Assembly (NCBI RefSeq): GCF_037042905.1
Contig: NC_087252.1
Coordinates: 4,280,001 to 4,340,000 of the forward strand
Length of the DNA: 60,000 nt
Direction: 5' to 3'
From: Lytechinus pictus
Lineage: Eukaryota
The notes under the pieces: model-generated
The model's input: only the letters and a program-made list of their open reading frames with translations
Told to the model about the DNA's origin: nothing
Database searches by the model: none
Program-made: the position numbers and the translations under genes
Shown: positions 26,238 to 39,610 of the stretch, one piece after another
Position numbering within the stretch: position 1 is the stretch's first letter
How the letters are laid out: every line of letters starts with the position of its first letter

Positions 26238-29200
26238 AATAGGTGGATGGGTGACTAATCTATATTAATATGTCATATAATCACCAATGGTTTAACGTCG
26301 TATGGATCTCCTTTGCCGACGACGTCCTACTTACGAAAGTGACTGGCGCGTATAATCTGGAGAGATTGAAGAGCGCCATCATATCCAACAACAACAACAA
26401 CAAGCTAACATGCACGCAATATAACTAGCCATTGAGTGAAAATATAATTCAAATGCCATAATCAATCGTGTGCGTTGTTTACTGTATATTTCTTGTAGGC
26501 CCCCTATTTATTTTGTTTTTAATTGTAGAATGTGCTTGTTTATCGTATTATATATTGTGAATTATAATGGGAAATGTGAAGGTACTGTGGTTCTTACTGT
26601 CAAGTCTTTCATTTTTTTCTCACCTGCATAGCAGAAGCGAGACATAGTCTCTCGTGCTTTTTCCGATGGTGGAGGCGGCGTTGTATGCTTTGAAATTACA
26701 TGTATTACATTATATACAAAGTGGCAATGAAAAAGAGAATATGTTGGATTATTCAATATCACTTAGTCCAACACTCCCGTTTGATTGAATGGCGAAATAC
26801 AAGGGAGATTGCAAGGAGTGGTATGGGCTCTCTAACACAAAGGTTTGCAATCAATCGCTACATACCAAAAATCAATCAAGATCATCGTTGAAAGAGCACT
26901 ATGTTTAACATACTCACCGGGAACCAATCAGTGCGGTTCTTTTATATTTGCAATTCATCGCAAACCTTTGTGTTACGACACTGGGCCCTGGTTGTTTATA
27001 TTATAGTGTATTTACACAGGGTAATTGTTGAAATAATGTGACAGATGTATGTTGTATTTTGGTGTCATGGTGAGAATATTGCTCCGTACTTACTCACATT
27101 GAAAAAATGCATTCTGTGTATTGATAGGATATGTATTTTGTACTACCGTATATCTTGAAATGTAGGCCTATATGTATAATAACTACAATGTCTTTTTAAT
27201 TTTATAGCAATGATTTATGGATGTGATCTTTAGATTCTCTTGTGTGTTATCTCTACAGTATCATGGAAACTTATAATTGAATTGCACGTAACGTGTGTGT
27301 TTTTGGTACTTTATACAGAAGACCTCTTCAAAAGGGAATAATAGGAATCGTTAGTCACAGAGACTTGGCTCAGACAAACAAACTCTTCATTGTGTATTGG
27401 AAATGAATAACTTACAACATTATAGTCTTGTAGATTAATGTATCAATTAGCTAGATGTGAATTGTGAACGTTAACATTTTTCAAAATAAATGATACATAC
27501 ATGGATCAACTACTGAAATTAAAAGGTTATATCGCAAATTCTGTTTAGTTATGAATCAATGAGCTCGATGTGTAATTAAAAACGTTTTCATCTTCTCAAA
27601 TAATCATATACTAGACCGTTTGCAATAAATGTCGCCCCTGCATCAGGTTTAAGTGGAAAAATGATAACAGCTAGTACCCCTCAGCCCAACGAGTCAATAG
27701 TTGTCACCGTTTTACTTTCCAATATTATACAGTACATGTATATTGTTTGTTGTATGATCTTCACAATATTCTTATTTGAATGATAAGCGATATTATATGG
27801 CACTGAGATAGTAGATCCCTGTCATTTGATTAGTTCCATGGGTGTCGATCGGTATTCTTGGTTGGGGGGGGGGGGAGATTGACACAAATGTTCTTGTGGA
27901 TGGGGGATCTTTCAACACTACCTCCACTAAAATCACAAGTTAGGACATTTGGGAGTGGTTGATATGCATGGTGTTCTTGGAAATTCCTTCATTGTTGCAG
28001 TGTACTGTACTTATATATTTTTTTTTTATTTTACAAGTAAGCCTATATTGTAAACTCATACGAAAGAAAAAAATGACAAAAATTGTCTGGAACATGTACA
28101 AAGTGATCTGTTTATTGAGCATGATGTATAAAACTTCTCTCTTAAATCTAACCCGACTGGCAATATCTTTTTCTTCTTAATGCATGATGATAAAAATGCA
28201 GATTCGGACAAATTAAGACTAGCACAAATTACAAACTGTGTGGCTTCTCGTGCGCCATCGGGCTTACCGTCATTCCTTAGACGATTTTAACCCTGGATTT
28301 TAACATGTTTTAAATGCTTTATAAGTGCATGAAACAAAAACAAAAACAAACATAAAAACAATTAAAACTCAACTGTCATGTTATGATATTTCTCCAACAT
28401 TTTCTTGAACCATCAGTGTGTAATATCAGCTAATATATGTGTTAAAATGAAATTTACGTACTGCATGAGTGTGCTCATTAAAATGCAAAACTGTCATCCC
28501 TTTCCAAACTCAAAAGAGATTTCTTTTTGCCAAAATAAGAAAAATCAATCAAGTTTAGTTATTCAAGTCCATAACAATTACAAGAATAACATGGAAAAAA
28601 CATCCGATGTTCATATCCGAAGATACGCGTTAGAGAGAAATGAATTATTATTCTTTCTGAAACCATTAATTGATTTCACTTATTAAAAAATTGTAAAAAT
28701 ATGATCATATATATTGAGCTCACTGAACCTCAATATTTTCATGAGAGGTACCTGATGGGGTCACATGATAAAATGTTTAATATTAATTACATCCAACCGC
28801 ATACAACAAAAGCACCATACATATGAGCTACTGATCACCAAACGACCATTATGACTTTTTAAAAGTGAAATTTTTGCATTTGATATGGGCTCACTCTTTC
28901 ATGACTATAGGCACCTCGTTTCCACAGATAGGTAATGAGGACATCAATGCTCTCCTGCAAAATATAATTGACCAAAACTTATTGTTCACGTCAAGGTATT
29001 TGGATATACAAGTAGGGCTGACTTTCGTTTTGTGCACATATTTCTTTTGGTATATTTTCTTGTTCAAAGGTTTACTGAATGCCGAACTTAATTTGTAAAC
29101 TACCATGACATACATCGGTAAAGTGTATATAACCAGGCAAATAAATGAAGTGATTAGCCTATACTCTATAGAAACGCAAAGGTATTTTTGCTTTTTGAAT

Positions 29201-32200
29201 TTTCTGGGAATGAATAAGAAAAAAGGTGATATAGAACAACATCTATTTCAGGTAGTCTCAATAATGTCCAAAAATCTTTCGCCTCATGTCAGACCTCATT
29301 GCAAATAACTTTTTATGACAGTGATGCCTGGTGATTTACTTATTTTACATAACAAAAATGAAGTGATATTCAAAAAGGGTTGTAGATTAAATGGGACAAA
29401 TATCATACACTTGGATGTGGGGAGGGGTAAATCTGAGAAAAGTTATTTGTACTTTTTCAAGATCTACCCCTCTGGGATATACGTCCATGGGGTTTTCCCC
29501 ATTTATCTTGCCACCCTTTTACTCCCGTTTATTTTTCCTTTTGAATTAATTGATTTATTAAAATTTTATTAAAATGTCAAATAACTAGGTTCTATTTTAG
29601 GCGTCATGTATACATGTAAAACAAATAATGATTTATTTTTCTTTATTTTTTCTTCAATGGACAGAATTATTGTTTCGGTGAGAGATGAATGGTTCATTCA
29701 GCCCGACTGTGCCTCATTGAATGGATCATCATCTTTCCCCTCATGAAGTCCATGATTGCACTCATGAAAATTCATTATTTGAATATCATTTAAGTTTGCC
29801 AACCTGATTACCAAACAATGCCTTTTAGAGTTTCCTCAGCTATCCGTCAATAACGTCATTATACTTGTTCAATTCGTTAAATGCAGTAAACCAACGTATA
29901 CGGTTGTGTTTTGTGTTATTTCAAGGTATAGTTGGACTGCTGTATTCTGAATTTGCAATTTACAAGTGGATTTTTGTACTGTTGAAATAAAGGAAATGAA
30001 ATAAAATTATAATTATGGAAACCCTTTTTTTTTTATAAACGATACTTAAGGAATACCAATGTTATGCATTTACCATTTAGCATTATTTTATATCATTGGA
30101 CCTTGTACATTCTAATAAATTAACATGTACGTTTTAAAGAAAATAAATGTTGGGGTTTTTTTTGAGTGGATTTGTAGTTATGTGAGATTTGGGCCAACTC
30201 CCAAACACCTATTCTGATACCGTCAAATCGTAAAAATATAAATTCTGATTATGTATACTATCAAATAAAATAATTCAAAATTACTTAAGTTCTGTATTAG
30301 TATTTTAGAAATGATAACGTTCTGAAAGAGTATTTCACTCTCTTTACCAAACGCTCTTTAAGCGCTGAAAGTCTGTATAATGCTTGCCATCGCATTCATG
30401 ACATTGTAGCGAGTGGATCAGGATTATGAAAAATCACAAAATTTTGATAATGTTTGCAAATATTTTTATTTTCATAACTAGGGGTATTAAAGATTATTAT
30501 GCAATAATGATCACATGGTCATTCATTCAAACTAACTTTCATTTTTAACATCCCTGACAATTTTGACTATGCATGAAATTATATCTATATTTTTACAACT
30601 AGGAAAAAACATGAAATATGGAATATTGATCGGTTGCATGGTTACATCTCATGTATTTGTCACTTGAAGTTGAATATTTTTAGTTGAGAACTTTACCCTC
30701 TGAATCCTTAAATTGTGATAAATGACATCATAATTATCAAAATCACTATGTAATTTTATTAATGTTCTCTTCATGTCTTTGGCATTGTGGGTTTTTTTTT
30801 TGGCAGTACCCCGGATGTTGGTTGGTGTTAAACAATGGAGAAACGTACGAAAAATGACAAAATTTTCTATTTTTTTTGTCAAGATTCTCGGGACAGAAAT
30901 AACCTCCATTTTGTAGTGATTATTTTAAGGTTGTCAAATTAACATCAGCCCCCAGTTTAAGAAAAAATTGGTCCCAGGGCCCTGTATGGTTAATTATCAA
31001 TTTTAACCGTAAATATCCGGCAAATTGATGCGAAACTTTCAATCCAATCTTTTCACTGTTTACCGTATTTTCACCGTAAGATGTGGCCTAACGTAAAGCT
31101 AAAATACATGTATACTTGTTCTTATTATCTTCAGTTTATTCTTGAAAATACGAGATTGTTATTATACAGTGATCGATAGTGCAAAGAGATGTATGTCCTA
31201 TGTGTCTTAGTTTTGCTAATAATACCATGAGACATAATTCTCGTTATTATGGAAAGACAAAATCTTGGGATATCTGTACATACCCCAAAATTACTTCGAG
31301 ATTTCACTGGCATGCAAGTCTGTGAATGTAGTTGGAAAAGCATAAACGACAAGCGATAGAACATGATATTAATCGGAGAGGTGGATTAAACTTTTTAAAC
31401 TAGATTTCTCTGCTTGATTGGCGCCCGTTACAGAAAGAGATGCGATCAAACGTAACTGAAAAATCAAACGTAACCTTATTTTAAACCAATAAAAACGTAT
31501 TTCGGGACTTTCGATTGATTACATGAGTTGCGTCTAAACACAATTCTTTCTGCAACGTGCTCTCATCATGCTAATGCTATAATAAGTCAAACCAGGGGGC
31601 GCATAAATAAAAACCGAACTCGTAAATTGGCTCCGAGGGTGGGGCGGGCAAATCTTCAGAATTCCCTTACTAGAATTTAGAATAGGGTCGGGTTGTCAGT
31701 TGACTCATTTCACAAAATGACGCTGCTGTATCTGAACAATTTTTCAATGAGGTAATGTATATATACTCATAGGGCAGTTCTAACAAAAGAAAGAATAGTG
31801 GAGAGCGCTGGGACAGCAAAGGAGTTGAAGATCCAATGTCTTCACCGACCACTCCCTATATCAGACCCATACCAATATAATTATCGGTTTTCCTGCATAC
31901 AAATGTTGTTTTCACACGCGATATCTCATCTTAAAGGGCGTTTTAAGGGGCGATCAGACAACTGGCTTTGATTTAAAAAATGGAAGATATTGATAAAGGT
32001 TCGATAAAAATCGGCCAAAGAAAAAGGGAGTTATGATTTTTTTTTGTAGTCACAGATGAGCAACTCCTCCGTAATATGTCGTGAGATATCAAATTCCCCA
32101 AAATGCACTCTCCTCAACAACAAAAAAAAATCAAAAGTGACTTCATTAATGCGCCGGGTGTATCATCAGACACATTATTTTGTATCCCCTTTTATAACAA

Positions 32201-33041
32201 CAAATATATAAATTGCATACTTCTGGTGCGCCATGAAAAAATGAATTTATTGAATTTACAATAAAGGGAGCTGCGTAACATCAGAAATTACTCACTTTCT
32301 TATTTTATGACGTATTTTCTTCAAATCTTCAGCAATATGTTTCTCTTATTTTCTGCTATTATTCAAAAACCAACTTTGTGTCGTGGTAAACTCCTCCTTT
32401 AAATGGCGGGTTATAGTAGTTCTCAAACTACGATGTTACCATAGCAACTACCGCCACCTTCGCGCTCATACCGTATTTACATCGGGAAGGTCAGGGAGAA
32501 AAATCTGACTGGCCGTTTGGAACAAGTTCAATAAAAAAAAAAACTAAGAACACCACCAAAAACATGTTTAATTACGTTGGCACTTCCCTAGGATTCTTAA
32601 GATTTATAGCAGATGAGTGACGGATGACCAGGTTTCATGAACGGCGTCAACACGGTCTTTAGCGGAGCTCGGCGAAAACCCGAACCGCTATGAACCACCA
32701 TCTTACCTCTGATGTGTGATCTCCCCTTTGATAATATTTTCTTTGCGCGATATTGCACATTGCATTATTTGCATTTGTCATTTGTCGACGTCTTATAATT
32801 CATTTCTTAGATAACGCGTCGAAAGTTCAGATTATTATACAGCCAATATCGAGGAATCAACAAGACTTGCCACATTATACACTTATTATATCTTGCTTTA
32901 GATAATCAATTGTTATTAAATGGCTGACGCGACTGTTTCAAATATGACAAAGGTTTATTTGCAAATTCGAAATATGCGTGTTAGTAATCTGCAAATTATT
33001 GTTAGTCTAAAAAGTTTTATCACAAAGCATACATAGGCCTA

Positions 33042-35349
33042 CAGAGTGAGTCAGAAAAAAATGTCCCATTTGTGTAAAGTTGTCTTGTCTGAGGTAAGAA
33101 CATTTAATCATTGATTTATTGATATGTCCTGATAGAGTATTACCCCTCTTATTTTTGTAACATTTTCACAAGGATTTCTGCATGCATGACTGACTACACG
33201 AGATGATCTCCAGAGGGGCGTAAAATCTTAGTTGCGTCAAGTTACTGGGTGAAGAATAAAAAAAGGTGCGAAAAATGTGTGCATACAGAAAAACACCTAC
33301 TCATCCTTACAAACACACCCTTACACACACATAAGCACACCCTGGTAGACACACCCTCTTGCAGACGGACACCATCCCCCACTTGCTTTCCTATAGATTT
33401 ACTCACACACTTGTGAAGCGCTCAATTTAAGTAACTGCTTCCATATCAGGCATTCCATTTTGAAGTTAAACGATTGGGCAGTTGCTGATCAACGAAAGAC
33501 AAAACCAATAAGGGGAATGACGAAATATAAGCACTGATTTATGAAGTGTTTAAGAAGTTTTTATGAAGCGTTGTGTGGGTATGGGAGGGAGTATGGTTGG
33601 ATGTGTGGGTGTGTGTTGTGTGCTCGAGAGAGAGAGAGAGGGGTAATGTGTCATGCGTGGATGTGTGTGTTGATGGGGTGGAATATGGGCAGGCGCGTAG
33701 CCAGATGGGGCGGTGGGGGCGGTCGCCCCCCCCCCCCAAAAAAAAAAAAAAAAAAAAAAAAAAAAACGTCCTCAAAAATAAAAAATAAAGGAAAAAAGAG
33801 AGGAGAAAAGGAAAAGGGAAGGGAGGAAAGGAAAGGAAAGAAAGGTAGCTTTGTGTTTTTTCCTATTTATTCTTCTTTTTTTTTCTCAAAAGAGAAACTC
33901 CTTCATTCTTACTTTATATTTTTATATGAATTTTGCTTCCGCGCTGCGCGCGGCTAAATGACAATATTAAAGTTCTCCATTGTTTCCCCACCCTTTCTCT
34001 AACCCTTTTTTTTCTACCTCAGCTATATGTGTTTCTTGCCAGTTGAAGTTTAAATGTATACATTAGGGCATGGATTTAGAGTAAGGTTAGGCCGAAGTAC
34101 ATGAAGTTATCTTTTTTGTAATTGATCGCGCGACTTCTGGTCGGGTCAGGTAAAATCTTTAAATCAATTTCTGCCGTCACCTCCATAAAGTGAACCTCTC
34201 CCGCTTTTCAGCTGTTTCCTAAACAACCATAATTTTGGGGCAAACAGGTTCCTAATTTAAAAAGAGGAAGGTATAAAATTCGTGTCGTATAAAATAAAAA
34301 AGTAAAATATGTTTTTTATCAAATTCTGTTCATGTAATTTCCCTGCACATTTATATCCTGTCCTGTTTTGCGCCCTCAGTTTGAAATTTTGAATGACACT
34401 TACGTTTCTTTATAATTCAAAATGAAGCGCTTCAGGATAAGTCAGAGAAATTAGGCATCCTTTTTTTAATATATAATTTCAATAAATCACAGAAGTTTCA
34501 ACTTTTTGCGCACTATTTTCCTTGTAATGAAGTTTCAAAATCAATTGAAAAGCATTTGATGAAACGTCCGCCCTTTGATATCTTCCTCCCGACATATACA
34601 CTTTTTCTCCTCTGTTTTGCGAGTTAAAGATATGCACTGTCGCAAAATTGTTTGTAATCAAATCTGATCTTTCCAAGAGAAGTATTCAATATATCTTTGA
34701 GAATAACCTTTTCTCGGGACCCTTTCATGGATAAAATTGATAAAACGCTTTAGCTTCCGCGCTTCTCGCGGGGTTATTATTATTTTAATTTCCTCCATTG
34801 TATTCCTTTGTTGTGCGTTCACAATCACTTATGAAATCAAGGTTCATGAAAACAAGGTTCAAAATCGTCAACTGAATTGGAGCTGATATAGGTACTAGAG
34901 ACAAGAGAGACGGCTCCTTTTCATTTTAAGTTATGAAACACTAAAAGCTTCGCGCGGGAGGGGGAAACTCCCCCTCCCTGCACCCACCCCCTAGGGAGCG
35001 CGCTTCGCGCGCCCTGTGAGTGTTGGCACGCTACGCGTGCATTTACCGCCCCCTCCAAAATGAAATCCTGGCTACGCGGTTGAATATGAGTAGGAGTCTT
35101 TCCGCTTGCATCAATTAATCTTTCAACATTTTGTTTCATCTTCACCAGCCACTTGGCGCAACTAAAAAATTTACGTCCTTCTGATGATTGTCTAGTAGTC
35201 AGTCAGTCATGAAAATATCTTTATGAAAATTATCCCAAATTATGTAGGGAGGATTTCTACCAGGACATATCATTACAATCAATAATTGAATGTTCACACT
35301 GCAGGCAAGACAACTTCAAGCTGATGAGACTTTTTCCTTACTGACTCTG
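33042..35349. mobile_element. Tc1/mariner-type non-autonomous element with nested hAT-type element (33690-35082)
   Basis: TA-flanked CAGAGT...ACTCTG ends with about 200 bp of degenerate inverted similarity; inner element CAGGCGCGTAGCCAG / CTGGCTACGCGGTTG with TSD AATATGGG/AATATGAG. Confidence 0.6.
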
Positions 35350-36369
35350 TAAACTACGTTCCCAAAGTTCGAGTATAATCAACAAACCTTGCTTCGTTAA
35401 ACATAAACTGATATTTTGCTTCTGTTCATAAATTATGATAAAAAACGATTGATATGACTGTTAGAATATGACAAAGGTTTATTTGCACAGTCGGAATGTG
35501 CATGTAAATAAATTTCCAAACTCTTGTTATTTCGGTGAAATTTATCACAAGAAAGAGGAGGCCAGAAAAGGGGTTTTATTAGGTGATAGGAATGGAGGAC
35601 TTTAGTATCATTAATTGGCTGATTACATTTGATATTCCTAGCAATAATGATGTTATCAAACAGAACATATTCCGAATGTGCATGTTAATAATTGACAAGT
35701 AAAAGCACGCCAGAATAACAAGCCAAAGGGTTTACCTGGGTAAAGGTAACGAAGATTTTAGAATCAATACTTCTAAATGATATTTGATATTACTAGCAAT
35801 AATGATAAGCCAAAGGTTCACATCAGATTACAGATAGTTTAATAAAGTAAACACAATCAGAACAAAATTTAACAAACGGAATATAGTAATCGATTTCAGT
35901 GTCATGATTGACAAGCATTTTTCAGAATAAACTTTTTTTGTGATGCGGCGATTTGTAGTTGTACAGTTAAGTTGGCATATCGTTTTATTTTGATATTCTA
36001 TAGTAACAAGAAAACCAAATACCAATTTGCAATCCACTCATCATGGTGACCGATAAGATCTAGGAGGCGTATAGATGTTGGAAGGCGAGAGTCAAATGCT
36101 TATACATTATTTCAGTTCGCTTCAGTTTAGTTTCATTTCATTATTCAAGAAAATCATATCACATGTCTATTTGAGGCGTTAACTATCTTTAATGGGGGGT
36201 ACCAAATTATAAATTGTATGTAAGGTACTCTGAGATTGAAGGTTATTTCTTAAAGTTAATTGAATAGAAAGGGAAAGATCTAACAAGCATAACTTAAAAT
36301 TTCATCAAAATCGGATGTAAATAAAAAGTTATGACATTTCGCTTGATTTCGCACAACATTTGTATGCAC

Positions 36370-36907
36370 GGTTACACTTCGTAATTCCGAAGGTTCGTAA
36401 TTCCGAAACACGTAAATTGCCTTTACCTCGATGTTCGTTAATCCAAAAATGTAAAAGGGTTCGTTAATCCGAACATTTGTGGCGTTATTCCGAAGGTTCG
36501 TTATTCCGAAGGTTCGATAATCCGAAAACGAAATAAGGTTCGATGTTCCGAAGGTTTGTTAATCCGAAACGAAATAAGGTTCGATGTTCCGAAGGTTCGT
36601 TAATCCGAAAACGAAATAAGGTTCCTTAGTCCGAAAACGAAATAAGGTTCGTTAATCATTTCGTTTTTCGACTAACGAACCCTCGGAATTACGAACCTAT
36701 TTCGTTTTCGAATTAACGAACCTTCGAATCTCACTTCGTTTTCGGACAAACGAACCTTCGGGTCCGGGATTACGAACCTCATTTCGTTTTCGGACTAACG
36801 AACCTTCGAAATTACGAACCTTCGGAAATACGAACCTTCGGAATAACGAACCTTCGGAATATCCGAACCTGCGGAATAACGAAGCTTTGGAATTACGAAT
36901 GTATGCG
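36370..36907. mobile_element. Short foldback element with TTCCGAAGGTTCG tandem repeats
   Basis: Inverted arrays of TTCCGAAGGTTCGTTAA; TSD GTATGCAC; inserted in a Kolobok-family MITE related to 16838-17442. Confidence 0.75.
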
Positions 36908-39564
36908 GTATGCACACCCTTGTTAGGTATGCAAGTGAGGGGACTGATGACATCACCCATTCACCATTTCTTGTGTATTTTATTGCATGATATAATAACT
37001 ATTTTAATTTTCTCCTCATTGCATGTAAAGTAAACTTTTATTCCTCCTTACTTACTTGTATTTACTTATTTACATGCCATGTAAAAACATCATATTAAAA
37101 CAACAAAGTTTATAAGTTTGAGGCCATGCGTTTTATGTTGGGCCCGCAATAGGTGGTATTGTTACATTTGCACGACAAGCACAGAAATAATTAATGGTAT
37201 AAAACTTGAAATACATGTGCTACATGGGTATATTTGGTATCATATTGAAGGGAATTTTTATACCAATTACTTGAAAGAAAAAGAAATACTTGAGATTACT
37301 TCATTTACCAATAATTAGCAATTATGTAACATCAATTGTCCATTTTTGCATGGTGGTAGACGAGGGAGCATGACGAGGGGAGCAAAATTTTTTATTTCAT
37401 TAAGAAACTAAATGTGTAACATCACAGTACCTAAATATGTAATAGTTTGGGGGCTCACTGGATTATTCTTCAATCATAAGTGGGCCAAATTTGAAATTTT
37501 AAGTTTAAAGGATACCTAATTAAGCTAATTAGTATTATTAATTGATGTAAATCATGAAATTAACATGATTGGAATTGTGGCTGTCTGATGCATAGGAAAT
37601 GAGGAGAGATAAAATATAGTTGTGGATTACATCTTCTATAAAATTTAATAGAAGCTGCAAAAATTTCAAAAAGAAAAGCATAAACTAATTAAAGCCTTCA
37701 GAAATAAATCAATCTATTGTTAATTATGACCTCATGGTTTCAATTTTGACAGCGTAGACTGACAGTGGTAACTTTGATGTGTCCGAATCTTCAGATTATT
37801 CTGGTAACATAACATAGAAAATACACCTTTTATGCAATTGTAATTAATGAAAACTTTTTTGTAGCAATAAAGCCCTCATCTGATGCTATTTACTTGTTTT
37901 CTCAATGTTACATCACACTGCGTCTATGAATCAGTAGATGACACATATTTGGCTGGCACAAAGGTGTTCAGAGAATATTTTTCCAAATTATAAAAAAACT
38001 ACTTGAGAATGAAACTGATACAAAGATTACACTAAACAGAGGCAATTGTACCCATACAATGTGTTTTGTGCATTGACATTCAATTGAACCAGTACCAAAA
38101 GACCATGTCCTGCAGAAAGTCGAGCAAGAGGATATATTTAAAATATACTGTAACACTATAAAATAACACAATCAAAGTAGTTTTCCCAGGTGTATACACT
38201 GTATGGATTTGTTTATAACATGCTACATGTAGTTGTTTTTGTTTACTAAGTTTAAATAAGCTAAAGCAGTAATGAGAACTATTCATTGTGCATTTACATT
38301 TTTCCTATATTTATATGTTAAACCTGACTCTCAGTTGTCAATCTGTGGTCCACCGGTCTTTGAGCCAAGAGGTGACAAATCCCACGATTTGAGTCATAAT
38401 AAATCATTTTTTATTCATAATAACCAAACTAAATATATTATAATATACTAGTTAGTGTTTGCAAGTGTATTTATGCAACTAAAGGCATGACTACATAATA
38501 TTTTATGAGTAAATCAAGCATTGATACATATTTACCCGAAAAATTGTTATGTGAAATTTGGTCTCAAAAGATGATCGCGCCCAATTATTTTGGTAGAGTT
38601 ATCCCTAACAAGTTATATATCACTGGAAAGGAGGTCTCACTCTAAAGAGTTCAAATATGCATGTTATTTCCCTATAGGGTGTAAAGTTTATCTGATTCTC
38701 AGATTTATTCGGAAGTATATTTTTTCACAGTTTTCCACATACTTCGACCTTTAAATTTTTATGACATTACCCTATGTCTTTTCTGATTGCATTTTTGAAT
38801 TCCTCAGACAATTTCCTTTCAAAATATATATACTTTTATGGGTATAGGATGTCAAACATAAGAAAAAATACAATCGTATGAAATGGTGCGATTTTTGAGA
38901 AAAATTTGAGTTGTAACGGAAACGGGCCCAACTCAAAACGCATGACCTTTTACCCGTGTAACATTAACAAATTACAATACAATCTACATTTGGAAAATGA
39001 CAAGAAACATAATATTACTAACACATACACTCATTTCAGTACTTAACTGCAATAAAAAAAGAGGAATCAAGAAACTATAAAAAGTCATATACTTATTTCT
39101 TATCAGTAGATAAACGTAATTATATCGATACATTGGTAAACAAATTGTCATTAAAGCGATTAAACGTGACTATCTGTATGTTACAAAGATTATTTGCATA
39201 TTCGAATGTGCAGGTTAATGATTTACAAATTATTGATATTCTGAAAAATTAATAACTTGATTACAGCTGCAAACAACCGATGCAGTCATTTCATTTCTAT
39301 GATCTAAGCACTGTTCAATCTAAACTATATTGGATAAGGTCTGCAAGCGTCTTTGTTGATGAAAATTTCACGAACGAGAATTTCTTCATGTTTTTTTGTT
39401 CCAGATATCGCTCCATCAGTCTTTTGATTTAGCATCACGCAGAAATATCGAATGATGTTATTTCCAGCCCATTAGGAAGGCTCAATAAGGATACAGTTTG
39501 TAGTTGTTTATGAAAATGGACTAATGAATTGGTAGCCCTACTCGGGTCTGGGCCTGCTGCCAGC

Positions 39565-39610
39565 ATGTTGACTCCTTTGGTTTTCTGTTGGATGTTCGTC
39601 GGAGCAGCGT
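39565..39610 (+). CDS. Gene B exon 1: signal peptide
   Basis: gccagcATG; MLTPLVFCWMFVGAA followed by a GTAAGT phase-1 donor that matches the V exon. Confidence 0.7.

Noticed and set aside
26300..32900. Possible additional gene between A and B
   Set aside because: Only short AT-rich ORFs and MITE fragments; I could not build any exon chain with recognisable domains.
36120..36142. ISRE/IRF-like AGTTTCATTTC upstream of gene B
   Set aside because: Short motif expected by chance in AT-rich DNA, and 3.4 kb from the ATG.
37050..38960. Possible decayed LINE or CAC-ended transposon
   Set aside because: Motifs are too degraded and no convincing TSD was found.
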